NCBI GenBank assembly: GCA_044226625.1
Contig: JBGAGQ010000045.1
Coordinates: forward strand, 1-52,228
Direction of reading: 5' to 3'
DNA length: 52,228 bases
From: Thermoanaerobaculia bacterium
GTDB lineage: Bacteria; Acidobacteriota; Thermoanaerobaculia; Multivoradales; UBA5704
Shown here: one piece after another, positions 16,586-25,742 of the stretch
Numbering within the stretch: the first letter of the stretch is position 1
Layout: the number at the start of each line of letters is the position of its first letter
The notes under the pieces: model-generated
Database searches by the model: none
What the model was told of the DNA's origin: nothing
What the model saw: the letters and a program-made list of their open reading frames with translations, nothing else
Translations under genes and position numbers: made by a program

Positions 16586-18883
16586 ATGGCCGAACCGGTG
16601 AGCGCAACGAATCTGAGAGGGGGGAGCGCGGGACTGATCGTGGGCCTGCTGATCCTCGCCGCCTCGTTTGGCCTCGCCACGGCGCGGCTTCGCCCGCCCG
16701 CACCCAAGCCGGCCGACGCGCCGGAGGGCGAGTTCTCGGCCGGGCGCGCTCGCGCGGTGCTCACCGAGCTGGTTGGCAACGGCGAGCCGCACCCGCTGGG
16801 GAGCGCCGCCAACGCGCAGGTCCGCGAGCGGGTGCTGCTCGCGTTTCGTCGCCTGGGCTACGAGCCGGAGGTCGTGCCCGGTTTCGTCTGCCGTTCCGGG
16901 GGGCCCTGCGCCACGGTTCAGAACGTGGTCGCTCGGCTCGCCGGAAATTCCAAGCCGGGCGAGGCGATTCCGAAGGCGGTCATGCTGTCCGCCCATTACG
17001 ACTCGGTGCCGAGCGGACCGGGGGTCTCGGACGACCTCACCGGCGTGGCGGCGATCCTGGAGATCGCGCGCCAGATGAAGGCTCTGCCGCCGCCCGACAA
17101 CCCGGTGGTCTTCCTGATCGACGACGGCGAAGAGCCGGGGTTGCTCGGTGCCGAGGCTTTCGTCCGAACTCCGCTGGCCCGAGAGATCGGCGCGGTGATC
17201 AACCTCGAGGCACGGGGGACCTCCGGTCCGGGCCTGATGTTCCAGACCCATCATTGGAACGGCTCGTGGATCCCGCTGTTCGCCCGCGCGGTGTCGCGCC
17301 CGGTCGCCTCATCGGTCTTCATCACGCTCTACGAACGGCTGCCGAACGACACGGACTACACGGTCTTCCAGCGGGCGGGCATTCCGGGCTTCAACTTCGC
17401 CTTGATCGGTGACGCCGAGCGCTACCATCTTCCTCTCGACAACCTGGCCAACGCCTCCACCGCAAGCTTGCAGCACATGGGAGAGAGCGCCTCGGAGCTC
17501 GCCCGAGCGCTCGCCAAGGCCCCGCTCGTGATGCCCAAGCGCGCCCCGGCGGTCTTCTTCGACGTGTTATCGCTCGGGCTCGTCCGCTGGCCGGCCGCCG
17601 CGACCCTGCCGCTCGCGATCCTCGCGCTGGGCCTCGTCCTTTGGTCCTGCCGAAGGGTTTGGATCCGTCGCGCGGACGGAGTCGGAGGTACCCTGCTCGC
17701 GGCGCTCGTTGCACTCATCTCGATCGCCGCCGCCGTGGGGCTCTCTTTGGTCTTCGTCAACGCCCAGAAAGTGGCGGGTGGCCTCGCCGTCGCCTGGCCG
17801 GCGCAACCCGGTACGCTTCTCGTGGCGCTGGGCGCGCTGTCCGCTTTCGGCGTTCTCGGAGTCTCGTCCACCGTCGGCCGCGGTGGCCGCTCTGCGCGCG
17901 TCTGGACGGGGATCTGGCTCGTCTGGGGTGTCTTGGGGCTGGTCACCGGACTGATGCTTCCCGGATCGAGCTATTTGTTCATCGTGCCGGCCCTCGTCGC
18001 CGGCCTCGTCGGATCGGTCGTGGACCCGAGCCGTTCAGCCGTTGCGTCGCTGCTGCCGCTCGCCGTGGCGGGGGTCCTTTGGGCGCCGCTCGTGCTGTTG
18101 GTCTTCGCCGGCCTGGGCGCTCCGGGGATTCCGGCCCTCGCCGCCGTCATCGGCCTGTTCGCGATGCCGCTCGTGCCCCTCCTCGTCGGCACCCGCCGGC
18201 CGGGGCTCTGGGCGGGTGCTTTCGGCCTGGTCGCGGTCGTTGCGGCCTTTCTGGTGCCGGCGACCACGCGCGCCTCGGCGGAGGCGCCGAAGCGGCTTGC
18301 GATCTATTACCACCTCGATGCCGATGCGGGCACCGGTCGCTACGTCCTGCTCGGGGACTTGCGACGGGGCCAACCCCTGCCTCCCTCGCTCGCCGCCGCG
18401 GCTCCGTTCACCCTGGGGCAGACGTTTCCGTGGACCTCGCCGCAATCGCAAGGATTCGTGGCACCCGCTCCGGCCGTCGAGCTCGTGCCGCCGGCGTTCG
18501 AAGTGCTCGCCGACGAGACGCGGCCGGACGGCCGCCATCTGTCGCTGCGGCTCTCCTCTCCGCGCGGCGCGCCGGTGCTCCGGTTGCAGGTCCCGGCGTC
18601 CGCCGAGGTCCGCACCGCCCGGATGGAGGACGAGGAGATCCCCAAACAACCGGACGGCAAGCTGGCTCGCCAGGGGGATTGGCTCGCGTTCCAATGCCTC
18701 TCGATGCCCCCGGAAGGGATCGTCCTCGAGCTCGTGTTGGGCGCGACGGCGCCTTTCGACGCCTACATCGCCGACCGTTCGCTCGGGTTGATCCCGGCCG
18801 CCCGGACGGTGGCGGCCGCCCGCACGCCGGAGTGGATCGCCGATGGCGACTCGATCGTGGTCAGTCGCAAAGTCCACATCTGA
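16586..18883 (+). CDS. M28 family metallopeptidase with multi-pass membrane region (ERMP1-like)
   Basis: LSAHYDSVP, GVSDDLTGVA, DGEEPGLLGA, INLEARG, PNDTDYTVF, YHLPLD; followed by about 8 hydrophobic helices. Confidence 0.9.
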   Translation: MAEPVSATNLRGGSAGLIVGLLILAASFGLATARLRPPAPKPADAPEGEFSAGRARAVLTELVGNGEPHPLGSAANAQVRERVLLAFRRLGYEPEVVPGFVCRSGGPCATVQNVVARLAGNSKPGEAIPKAVMLSAHYDSVPSGPGVSDDLTGVAAILEIARQMKALPPPDNPVVFLIDDGEEPGLLGAEAFVRTPLAREIGAVINLEARGTSGPGLMFQTHHWNGSWIPLFARAVSRPVASSVFITLYERLPNDTDYTVFQRAGIPGFNFALIGDAERYHLPLDNLANASTASLQHMGESASELARALAKAPLVMPKRAPAVFFDVLSLGLVRWPAAATLPLAILALGLVLWSCRRVWIRRADGVGGTLLAALVALISIAAAVGLSLVFVNAQKVAGGLAVAWPAQPGTLLVALGALSAFGVLGVSSTVGRGGRSARVWTGIWLVWGVLGLVTGLMLPGSSYLFIVPALVAGLVGSVVDPSRSAVASLLPLAVAGVLWAPLVLLVFAGLGAPGIPALAAVIGLFAMPLVPLLVGTRRPGLWAGAFGLVAVVAAFLVPATTRASAEAPKRLAIYYHLDADAGTGRYVLLGDLRRGQPLPPSLAAAAPFTLGQTFPWTSPQSQGFVAPAPAVELVPPAFEVLADETRPDGRHLSLRLSSPRGAPVLRLQVPASAEVRTARMEDEEIPKQPDGKLARQGDWLAFQCLSMPPEGIVLELVLGATAPFDAYIADRSLGLIPAARTVAAARTPEWIADGDSIVVSRKVHI

Positions 18884-18901
18884 AACGCTCAAACCCCGCC
18901 T

Positions 18902-18929
18902 GGGGGACGCCGAACCGTCCCCCTTTTCT
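18902..18929 (+). terminator. Rho-independent terminator after the M28 peptidase
   Basis: GGGGGACG-ccgaac-CGTCCCCC followed by TTTTCT. Confidence 0.75.
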
Positions 18930-19016
18930 CAAAGCAAGACACTGTTAGGTGAGGATCGGTAAGCCGCCCACGCCCGGGGCGGCATTCTTGTGCTCTCGAC
19001 CGAGGTGTCCTTCAAC

Positions 19017-20369
19017 ATGACATTGCCACTCCGCGCCGATTCCGGCGCTTACGACGTCCTGGGCGTCGGGTTCGGCCCGTCGAACCTCGCTCTCGCGGTT
19101 GCGCTCGAAGAAGCGCCCGAGGCGTCTTCTCTGTCCTCTCTCTTCCTCGAGACGAAGCCCGGTTGTGCCTGGCATCCGGGGATGTTGCTCGAGGAATCGA
19201 CCATCCAGATCTCCGTGCTCAAGGATCTCGCGACGATTCGGAACCCCCAGAGCCGCTTCACCTTCTTGAGCTACTTGAAGGAGAAGGGGCGCCTGTTCGA
19301 GTTCCTGAACCTGCGCGACCTGTTCCCGAGCCGCATCGAGTTCAACGACTACCTGTCCTGGGTCGCCGAGGGGCTCTCCGATCGAGTGCGCTGGGGGACC
19401 GAGGTCACCGCGGTCCATCCCGTGCGCGGAGAGGATGCGGACACCGTGGAGCTCCTGCGGGTCGAAGCGCGGGACCTCGCGACCGGCGAGCGTCGGGAAG
19501 TTCTCGCGCGGAACCTCGTGCTGGCGACCGGCGGTGTGCCCGCGATCCCGTCGCCGCTTCGGCTGGTCCCGGGGGGGCGGGCGATCCACACGGTCGAGTT
19601 CATGCAGCGGATTCGCTCCGATTTTCCCGATCGGAACGCGCGCTATCGGTTCGCCGTCGTGGGCGCGGGGCAGAGCGGCGCGGAGCTGTTCAGCTACCTG
19701 CTCACCCACTACCCGAACGCCGAAGTGACGGCGACGCTGCGCAAGTTCTCGTACAAGCCGGTCGACGACAGCCATTTCACCAACGAGATCTTCTTCCCGA
19801 GCAAGGTCGACTGGCTTTTCTCTCTCTCCGACGAGAAGCGCGCCCGGGTGCTCGACATGTGCCGCGACGTCAATTACGCGGTGGTCGACGCGCCGCTCAT
19901 CCGACAGATCTACCGTCAGCTCTACGACGAGCGGGTCGAAGGGAAAGACCGCGCGAAGATCCTGCCGTTCCTCGAGCTTCGAGAGATCGAGGAGCGGGGG
20001 ACTACCGTGCGCGCGCGCTTCCACAACTCGCTCGAGGAGCGCGATCACGAGCTCGAGGTCGACGCCTTGATCGTCGCGACCGGGTATCACTGGCCTTCGG
20101 ACCACCCGTTGCTCGCCGAGCTCGCGGTTCATCTCCTGCGCGACCCGGCGCCCGGCGGTGGTTACGAGTACCGGATCCGCCGCGACTATCGGGTTGAGTC
20201 GGATCCGAGCTTCCTGCCCGGCGTCTACCTGCAGGGATTCTCCGAGCGCCGGCACGGCGCGAGCGAAACGGTCCTGTCCCTGCTGCCGATCCGCGCCGGC
20301 AACATCCTCGATTCCCTGGTCGAAGCCCGCCGCCCTTCCGAGGTCGACAGGGAAGCGGTCGCGGTCTAA
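19017..20369 (+). CDS. Flavin-dependent N-hydroxylating monooxygenase (L-ornithine N5-/L-lysine N6-oxygenase, PvdA/SidA/KtzI/IucD family)
   Basis: GVGFGPSNLALA (FAD), WHPGMLL, QISVLKDL, VGAGQSGAE (NADPH), DDSHFTNEIF, NYAVVD, LIVATGY, HGASETVLS. Confidence 0.93.
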   Translation: MTLPLRADSGAYDVLGVGFGPSNLALAVALEEAPEASSLSSLFLETKPGCAWHPGMLLEESTIQISVLKDLATIRNPQSRFTFLSYLKEKGRLFEFLNLRDLFPSRIEFNDYLSWVAEGLSDRVRWGTEVTAVHPVRGEDADTVELLRVEARDLATGERREVLARNLVLATGGVPAIPSPLRLVPGGRAIHTVEFMQRIRSDFPDRNARYRFAVVGAGQSGAELFSYLLTHYPNAEVTATLRKFSYKPVDDSHFTNEIFFPSKVDWLFSLSDEKRARVLDMCRDVNYAVVDAPLIRQIYRQLYDERVEGKDRAKILPFLELREIEERGTTVRARFHNSLEERDHELEVDALIVATGYHWPSDHPLLAELAVHLLRDPAPGGGYEYRIRRDYRVESDPSFLPGVYLQGFSERRHGASETVLSLLPIRAGNILDSLVEARRPSEVDREAVAV

Positions 20370-20388
20370 AGCGACGGAGACCCCGACC

Positions 20389-22479
20389 GTGCATCTTCAG
20401 AGGCTCGATCCGGCGAAGTTCGAAAGCGAATACGGCATCCAGATCCAGATGCTCTACCCCTGGGAAGGGGTGGTGGTGCCGCCGTTCGGCTCGGCCTGGG
20501 CGGTCGTTCCGCCGCTCGGCTCGACCAAGCACCATACGCATCAGGAAGGGGAGACCTTTTTCGTCGCCCGAGGTCGCGGAACGATGCGCGTGGGCGATGA
20601 CACGTCCGAGATCGGTTCGGGCGATGTGATCTTCCTGCCGCCGTTCGATCAGCACACGCTCACCAACACGTCCGAGACCGAGGACCTGCTCTTTCTCACC
20701 TGTTGGTGGGAGGACCGGAAGCTCTGGGCCGACGCGGCGCCGAAGGCGGACGGTGCGACCGAGCGGCCGGCCCGTACGCTGGTCTCGGCGGCGCCGCCGA
20801 CGCCGAACGGCGACCTGCACCTCGGCCATCTGTCGGGTCCGTATCTCGCCGGAGACGTCATCGCGCGCTACCTCCGCCTGCGCGGCGTCGAGGCTCGCTA
20901 CGTCTTCGGCTCGGACGACAACCAGAGCTACGTGAAGACCAACGGCGAGCGGATCGGCCTGGGGCCGAACGAGGCGGCCGACTACCTCGCGGGTGAGATC
21001 GCCAAGACCCTCGAGGCGGCCGAGATCGAGCTCGACAAGTTCACCCGGCCGAACGCCTCCCCCTACCACCGCGACCTGGTGCAGGCGTTCTTCCGGCGCC
21101 TGTACGAATCCGGCCAGCTGGTCGAGCGCGAAGCGCCGTCACCGTATTGCCCGCGTTGCGACCTCTATCTCTATGAGGCGCACATCCGCGGCGGCTGCCC
21201 GCACTGCGGCGCGATGTCCGGGGGCAACTGCTGCGAGGAATGCTGCCGCCCGAACGACTGTATCGACCTGATCGATCCCGTGTGTACCCATTGCGGCGGC
21301 ACGCCGGAGTCGCGCGGCTACAAGCGGCTCTATTTCCCGCTGTCGCGCCATGCCGCGACGCTCTCCGAGCTGCGCCTCACGACCGCGATGAACCCGCGCC
21401 TGCGCTCGCTCTGCGAACAGGTGACGGAGGCGGGGCTGCCCGACATCGCGGTGACCCATCCCGCCGACTGGGGGATTCCGGTGCCGGTCGAGGGGTACGA
21501 GGCGCAGCGAATCTGGGTCTGGTGCGAGATGGCGCCCCGTTATCTGGCCTACGCCCGCGAGGTCTGCGACGTCGCGGGAGTCCCCGCGGCGGAAGCGTCC
21601 TGGGAGCGTTTCTGGAAATCGCCCGAGGCGAGCGTGGTCCAGTGCTTCGGCTCCGACAACGGTTTCTTCTACGGCCTGCTCGTACCGGCGATGCTTAGGG
21701 CATTCGATCCCGCGCTTCGGCTTCCCGAGGCGCTGGTGATGAACGAGTTCTATCGCCTGGACGGCAAGAAGTTCTCGACCAGCCGCCAGCACGCGATCTG
21801 GGGGCGGGAGATGGTCGCCGACGTACCCGCCGACGAGATGCGGTTCTATCTCGGCTGGAGCGCTCCGGAGGTCGAGGGAACCAACTTCACCCGGACCGAG
21901 TTCGAAGAGACCATCGAGCGCGAGGTGCGCGGAGGTTTCGGCGGCTGGCTCCGTTCGCTCGGCCAGCGGATCGAGGCGCGCCACGGCGGGCTCGTGCCCT
22001 GGACCGGAGACTGGACGGACGACCATCGGCGGTTCTATCGCCGGATCGAGCAGCTTTCGGCCGAGATCGCGGAAGGGTACGAGCCGGGGACTTTCTCGCT
22101 CCAACGGGCCACCCGTGGGCTCGCCGCGCTGGTGCGGGAGGCGCGGCGGTTCGCCGCCGCCGAGAGCGGCTGGCAGAGGGTCGAGGCGCGCGGCGAGGAG
22201 CGGCGCACCGGGACCGCTCTCGAGCTGCTCGCGGCCAAACAGCTGGCGATCCTCGCGAGCCCTCTAATGCCCAGGTTCGGGGTGGATCTTTGGCGCGCGC
22301 TCGGATACGAGACGCCGCTCTCGGCGCAGCGATTCGAAGCGCGGCCCGATTGGGTCCCCGGAGGGCAGCGGATCGGCGATCTCGTCGGAGCGCTACCGCG
22401 ACGCCAGCCCCGATCCCAGGAGTCTCCGGACGCGGCCGTGCCGGCCGCCGTCGAGGGAGGACCAGGCGCTTCCGCCTAG
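20389..22479 (+). CDS. Cupin / methionyl-tRNA-synthetase-like fusion (hydrazine synthetase type, Spb40/PyrN/Tri28 architecture)
   Basis: GTG 20389 after GGAGA; N-terminal cupin (HHTHQEGETF...GDVIFLPPFDQH); MetRS-like core PTPNGDLHLGH, GSDDNQSY, CxxC knuckles (CPRC, CPHC, CEEC, CTHC), DWGIPVP, KKFSTSR. Confidence 0.88.
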   Translation: MHLQRLDPAKFESEYGIQIQMLYPWEGVVVPPFGSAWAVVPPLGSTKHHTHQEGETFFVARGRGTMRVGDDTSEIGSGDVIFLPPFDQHTLTNTSETEDLLFLTCWWEDRKLWADAAPKADGATERPARTLVSAAPPTPNGDLHLGHLSGPYLAGDVIARYLRLRGVEARYVFGSDDNQSYVKTNGERIGLGPNEAADYLAGEIAKTLEAAEIELDKFTRPNASPYHRDLVQAFFRRLYESGQLVEREAPSPYCPRCDLYLYEAHIRGGCPHCGAMSGGNCCEECCRPNDCIDLIDPVCTHCGGTPESRGYKRLYFPLSRHAATLSELRLTTAMNPRLRSLCEQVTEAGLPDIAVTHPADWGIPVPVEGYEAQRIWVWCEMAPRYLAYAREVCDVAGVPAAEASWERFWKSPEASVVQCFGSDNGFFYGLLVPAMLRAFDPALRLPEALVMNEFYRLDGKKFSTSRQHAIWGREMVADVPADEMRFYLGWSAPEVEGTNFTRTEFEETIEREVRGGFGGWLRSLGQRIEARHGGLVPWTGDWTDDHRRFYRRIEQLSAEIAEGYEPGTFSLQRATRGLAALVREARRFAAAESGWQRVEARGEERRTGTALELLAAKQLAILASPLMPRFGVDLWRALGYETPLSAQRFEARPDWVPGGQRIGDLVGALPRRQPRSQESPDAAVPAAVEGGPGASA

Positions 22480-22621
22480 GTTCCGAGTCGAATCCAAAAC
22501 TTTATGCTCCGAGATAGATCCAAGATCGAATCGAGAGCCGTACCTACAAGGAGCCGGGCTTGGAATCAGGCAGTATCGAGCTGTCCGAGTCTACCGCGCC
22601 TGCGCTGGGAGAAAGACGACG

Positions 22622-23071
22622 ATGTCCGAAAACCTGTTCGGCAGCGCTTCGCCGGAAGAAGCGTCCTGGGGCTACCAACTCATCCTCGATTGTTTCGGCT
22701 GCGACGTGGACACCTGCTGCGACCTCGAAAAAGGCTACGAATTTCTCGATAAGATCTGCGTCCACCTTCATATGACGAAGCAAACGCAACCCTATATCTT
22801 CAAGACGTGTGAAACGACGTTCCCTGGTAAACCGGGTTACAGCGGCTGGATTCCGATCATCGAGAGCGGCATCCAGATCCACACTTCGGCGAACAACCAC
22901 TTCATCAGCATCGACGTCTACTCGTGCAAGGTGTTCGACCTCGACGAGACGGTGGCTTTCGTTCAGAAGTGGTTCAACCCGAAGCGGATCGACACCCAGT
23001 TCTTCCACCGGGGCAAGGGCTACCTGCAGAAGTCGTTCGCCCAGGACGTGGCGGTCGGCGCCTCGCACTAA
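22622..23071 (+). CDS. Pyruvoyl-dependent decarboxylase, AdoMetDC/SpeD fold, substrate unknown
   Basis: WGYQLILDCFGC, GYSGWIPIIES (E81-S82 autocleavage site), GIQIHT, ISIDVYSCK; SD-like GGGAGA upstream. Confidence 0.85.
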   Translation: MSENLFGSASPEEASWGYQLILDCFGCDVDTCCDLEKGYEFLDKICVHLHMTKQTQPYIFKTCETTFPGKPGYSGWIPIIESGIQIHTSANNHFISIDVYSCKVFDLDETVAFVQKWFNPKRIDTQFFHRGKGYLQKSFAQDVAVGASH

Positions 23072-23194
23072 GGCGGCCCGCCTGCGTCAAAAGGATCGGG
23101 CGCCGCGCGAGCGGCGCCCGGAACCACGCAATCGAGATGGGACCGGATCGGGTTGGCGTGTGCCTTCCGGTTCGCGCCGAACCGGTTCTCGCCT

Positions 23195-24664
23195 CTACCG
23201 CTCCACCCAGTAGTTCGGCGCCTCTTTCGTGATCACCACGTCGTGGGCGTGCCCTTCCTTCAATCCCGCCGGGGAGATCCGGACGAAGCGCGCCTTGACG
23301 CGCAGCTCCTCGACCGTCGCGCAGCCGGCGAGGCCCATGCCTGAACGCAGGCCTCCGGTCAGCTGAGGAAGAAGCTGATGCACGGTCCCTTTGTGCGGCA
23401 CCATCCCCTCGATCCCCTCGGGAACCAGCTTCGATAGGCTGCCGCTCCCCTCCTGGAAGTAGCGCTCCGCGCTGCCGCGGGCCATGGCGGACAGCGATCC
23501 CATGCCCCGATAGGCCTTGTAAGTTCGCCCCTGGTAGAGAATCGTCTCGCCCGGGCTCTCCTCGGTGCCGGCGAGCAGCGAGCCGATCATCACGGAATGG
23601 GCGCCTGCCGCGAGCGCCTTGGTGAGGTCGCCCGAGAACTTGATGCCGCCGTCGGCGATCACCGGTACGCCGCTCTCCTCGGCGGCCCGGGCGCAATCCT
23701 GGATGGCGGTCACCTGAGGGACGCCCGCGCCGGTGACCACGCGGGTGGTGCAGATGCTTCCCGGACCGATCCCCACCTTCACGGCGTCGACGCCGCGCTC
23801 GATCAGCGCCCGGGTCCCTTCGGCGGTCGCGACGTTGCCGACGACCAATCGAACTTCCGGGAAACGTTCGCGCAGCTTGGCGGCGGCGTCGAGGACGCCC
23901 TGGCTGTGGGCATGGGAAGAGTCGAGCACCAGCAGGTCGGCCTTCGCTTTGACGAGCGCCGCCGCGCGTTCGAGGAAATCGCCCGACGAGCCGACCGCGG
24001 CCCCGACGCGGAGACGTCCCAGCTCGTCCTTGCAGGCGTTCGGGTACTGCATCATCTTCTGGATGTCCTTGACGGTGATCAGGCCCTTCAGGTTTCCCGC
24101 GCCGTCGACGACCAGAAGCTTCTCGATCCGATGGCGGTGGAGGAGCGTCTTCGCCTGCTCGAGCGTCGTCCCTTCGGGCACCGTGATCAGGTTCTCGCGC
24201 GTCATCAGATCGCCGATCCGGCGATCGAGGTCCTCCTCGAAGCGGAGGTCGCGGTTGGTCAGGATGCCCACCAGATGACCGGCCGAGTCGGTGACCGGAA
24301 CGCCGGAGATCTTGAAATGGGCCATCAGCGTATGGGCGTCGCGGATCGACTGGTCGGGACCGATCGTCACCGGATCGACGATCATGCCGGCCTCCGAGCG
24401 CTTCACCTTGTCGACCTCTTCGGCCTGCAGCTCGACCGGCAGGTTCTTATGGACGATTCCGATCCCGCCCTCTTGCGCGAGCGCGATCGCGAGGCGCGAT
24501 TCGGTCACGGTGTCCATCGCCGCTGAGAGGATCGGGATGTTGAGCGTGATGCCGCGGCAGACGACCGTCTTCAAGTCCACGTCGTTGGGATGGGTCGAGG
24601 ACAGCCCCGGAACGAGGGAGACGTCGTCGAAGGTCAGCGCGAGCCTGGGTTCTTCGGAAAACAT
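23195..24664 (-). CDS. guaB: IMP dehydrogenase with CBS pair
   Basis: [49 protein letters not shown]. Confidence 0.97.
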   Translation of the reverse strand: MFSEEPRLALTFDDVSLVPGLSSTHPNDVDLKTVVCRGITLNIPILSAAMDTVTESRLAIALAQEGGIGIVHKNLPVELQAEEVDKVKRSEAGMIVDPVTIGPDQSIRDAHTLMAHFKISGVPVTDSAGHLVGILTNRDLRFEEDLDRRIGDLMTRENLITVPEGTTLEQAKTLLHRHRIEKLLVVDGAGNLKGLITVKDIQKMMQYPNACKDELGRLRVGAAVGSSGDFLERAAALVKAKADLLVLDSSHAHSQGVLDAAAKLRERFPEVRLVVGNVATAEGTRALIERGVDAVKVGIGPGSICTTRVVTGAGVPQVTAIQDCARAAEESGVPVIADGGIKFSGDLTKALAAGAHSVMIGSLLAGTEESPGETILYQGRTYKAYRGMGSLSAMARGSAERYFQEGSGSLSKLVPEGIEGMVPHKGTVHQLLPQLTGGLRSGMGLAGCATVEELRVKARFVRISPAGLKEGHAHDVVITKEAPNYWVER

Positions 24665-24775
24665 GCGAGATTCTGAGCTCCGGCAAGGGGGGACGGCGAG
24701 GACTTCTCGGTCGCGCCGCCTGGGTTGGGCGGTCAGGATATCAGAGCGACGCCCATCGCTCGCTCGGCGGCCTCC

Positions 24776-25372
24776 CTACCACCCGAGCGCCGACTTGAGG
24801 GCTTGGAGGCCGAAGGCATGGCCCAGCGCGAGCGCGGGAAGGCCGACGGCCAGGAGCGCGATACGGCCGATCGGGCTCCTCCGGCGCGCGGACTGCCAGA
24901 GCAGCAGGAAGCCGACCGCAAGCGTCGGGTAGCCGATCGTCGCGATCCAGGGGACGCCGAGCGTCGTGCGCGTCCCGGCCTGCCAGCGGGCCATCCCCAT
25001 TCGGGATAGAAACGGCTCGTAGAAGCCGACCAGAGCGACCATGAAGACGGCGACCCAGCCGAGGACCCGGGCCGGCGCGAACCCGGCGCCGGTGGTCGTG
25101 CCGCTCATCTCCTCGGCGAAGACGAGCGCTGTATAGATCGAGAATCCCCAGATCACCGTCGCGATCAACGGCGCCCGGCCGAGATGGAACGCGAGCGGTG
25201 CGAAGCCGTAGAGCAACGAGCGGATCGCGACCGCGTTTTCCCGCAGCAGACCGAGGAGGAAGAGGGCGCCGAGGAGCTCGAGCCCGCTCCGGCCGCGGGT
25301 GGAGGCGGCGTGCACCACCGTCGCAAGGAACGCGCCGAGGGTGAACGTCTCGATGAACAGAGACAGGGGCAT
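24776..25372 (-). CDS. Integral membrane protein, possibly carotenoid-biosynthesis (CruF/DUF422-like) fold
   Basis: About 6 TM helices with two internal E...G-x-P-x-x-x-x-x-x-W/Y units (REN...[11 protein letters not shown]; YEP...[10 protein letters not shown]). Confidence 0.5.
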   Translation of the reverse strand: MPLSLFIETFTLGAFLATVVHAASTRGRSGLELLGALFLLGLLRENAVAIRSLLYGFAPLAFHLGRAPLIATVIWGFSIYTALVFAEEMSGTTTGAGFAPARVLGWVAVFMVALVGFYEPFLSRMGMARWQAGTRTTLGVPWIATIGYPTLAVGFLLLWQSARRRSPIGRIALLAVGLPALALGHAFGLQALKSALGW

Positions 25373-25742
25373 GGCTTCACTCGTCCCGGCGACGAAACCA
25401 AACCGACCCAAGCAGGAGGATGAGGGGGAGCTTGGGCAGCCACAGAATCTCGTGGAATCGAAGCGGCTCCACGATCAACGCGATCCCGACCATCGTGGAA
25501 AGAAGGAGCAGGGGAAACAGGCGCCGGGCTCGCGCGTTGAGCCGGCTCGGGCGTTCTGTCGGGGCGCCGGGCCGAGCGCCGTTGCCTTTGTCCATCTTCC
25601 AAAACGGTTGGGAATCGTGCATTCTTAAGGTCCGTCCCCCAGGTCCCCGTCGCAGATCTCCGCTGGCTCGCGAGCGTGAGGCGTATGCCAGCGGTTTATT
25701 TCGCCACCGCTTGGTGCCGTGGTCGATTGCTGGAGGAATTGT

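Noticed and set aside
15473-17254. 593-aa version of the LPQTA protein
   Set aside because: The extension overlaps the M28 gene; signal peptide, SD and sigma-54 promoter support a start at 16192.
16586-18883. M28 peptidase as part of the hydrazine operon
   Set aside because: A clear intrinsic terminator (18902-18929) separates them; a functional link is not excluded but is unsupported.
19017-20369. Siderophore or piperazate biosynthesis cluster
   Set aside because: No acyl/formyltransferase, NIS synthetase, NRPS, TonB receptor or KtzT-like gene nearby, and no Fur box recognised.
20389-22479. Housekeeping methionyl-tRNA synthetase (metG)
   Set aside because: N-terminal cupin fusion, PTPNG/GSDDNQ/KFSTS variants and coupling to an N-hydroxylase fit the hydrazine synthetase type.
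22480-22621. Riboswitch or leader upstream of the decarboxylase
   Set aside because: No known aptamer consensus or convincing stems recognisable by eye; a covariance-model search would be needed.
22622-23071. Firm speD assignment
   Set aside because: Fold is clear but the ESH motif is altered and no speE is present in the window; substrate is unproven.
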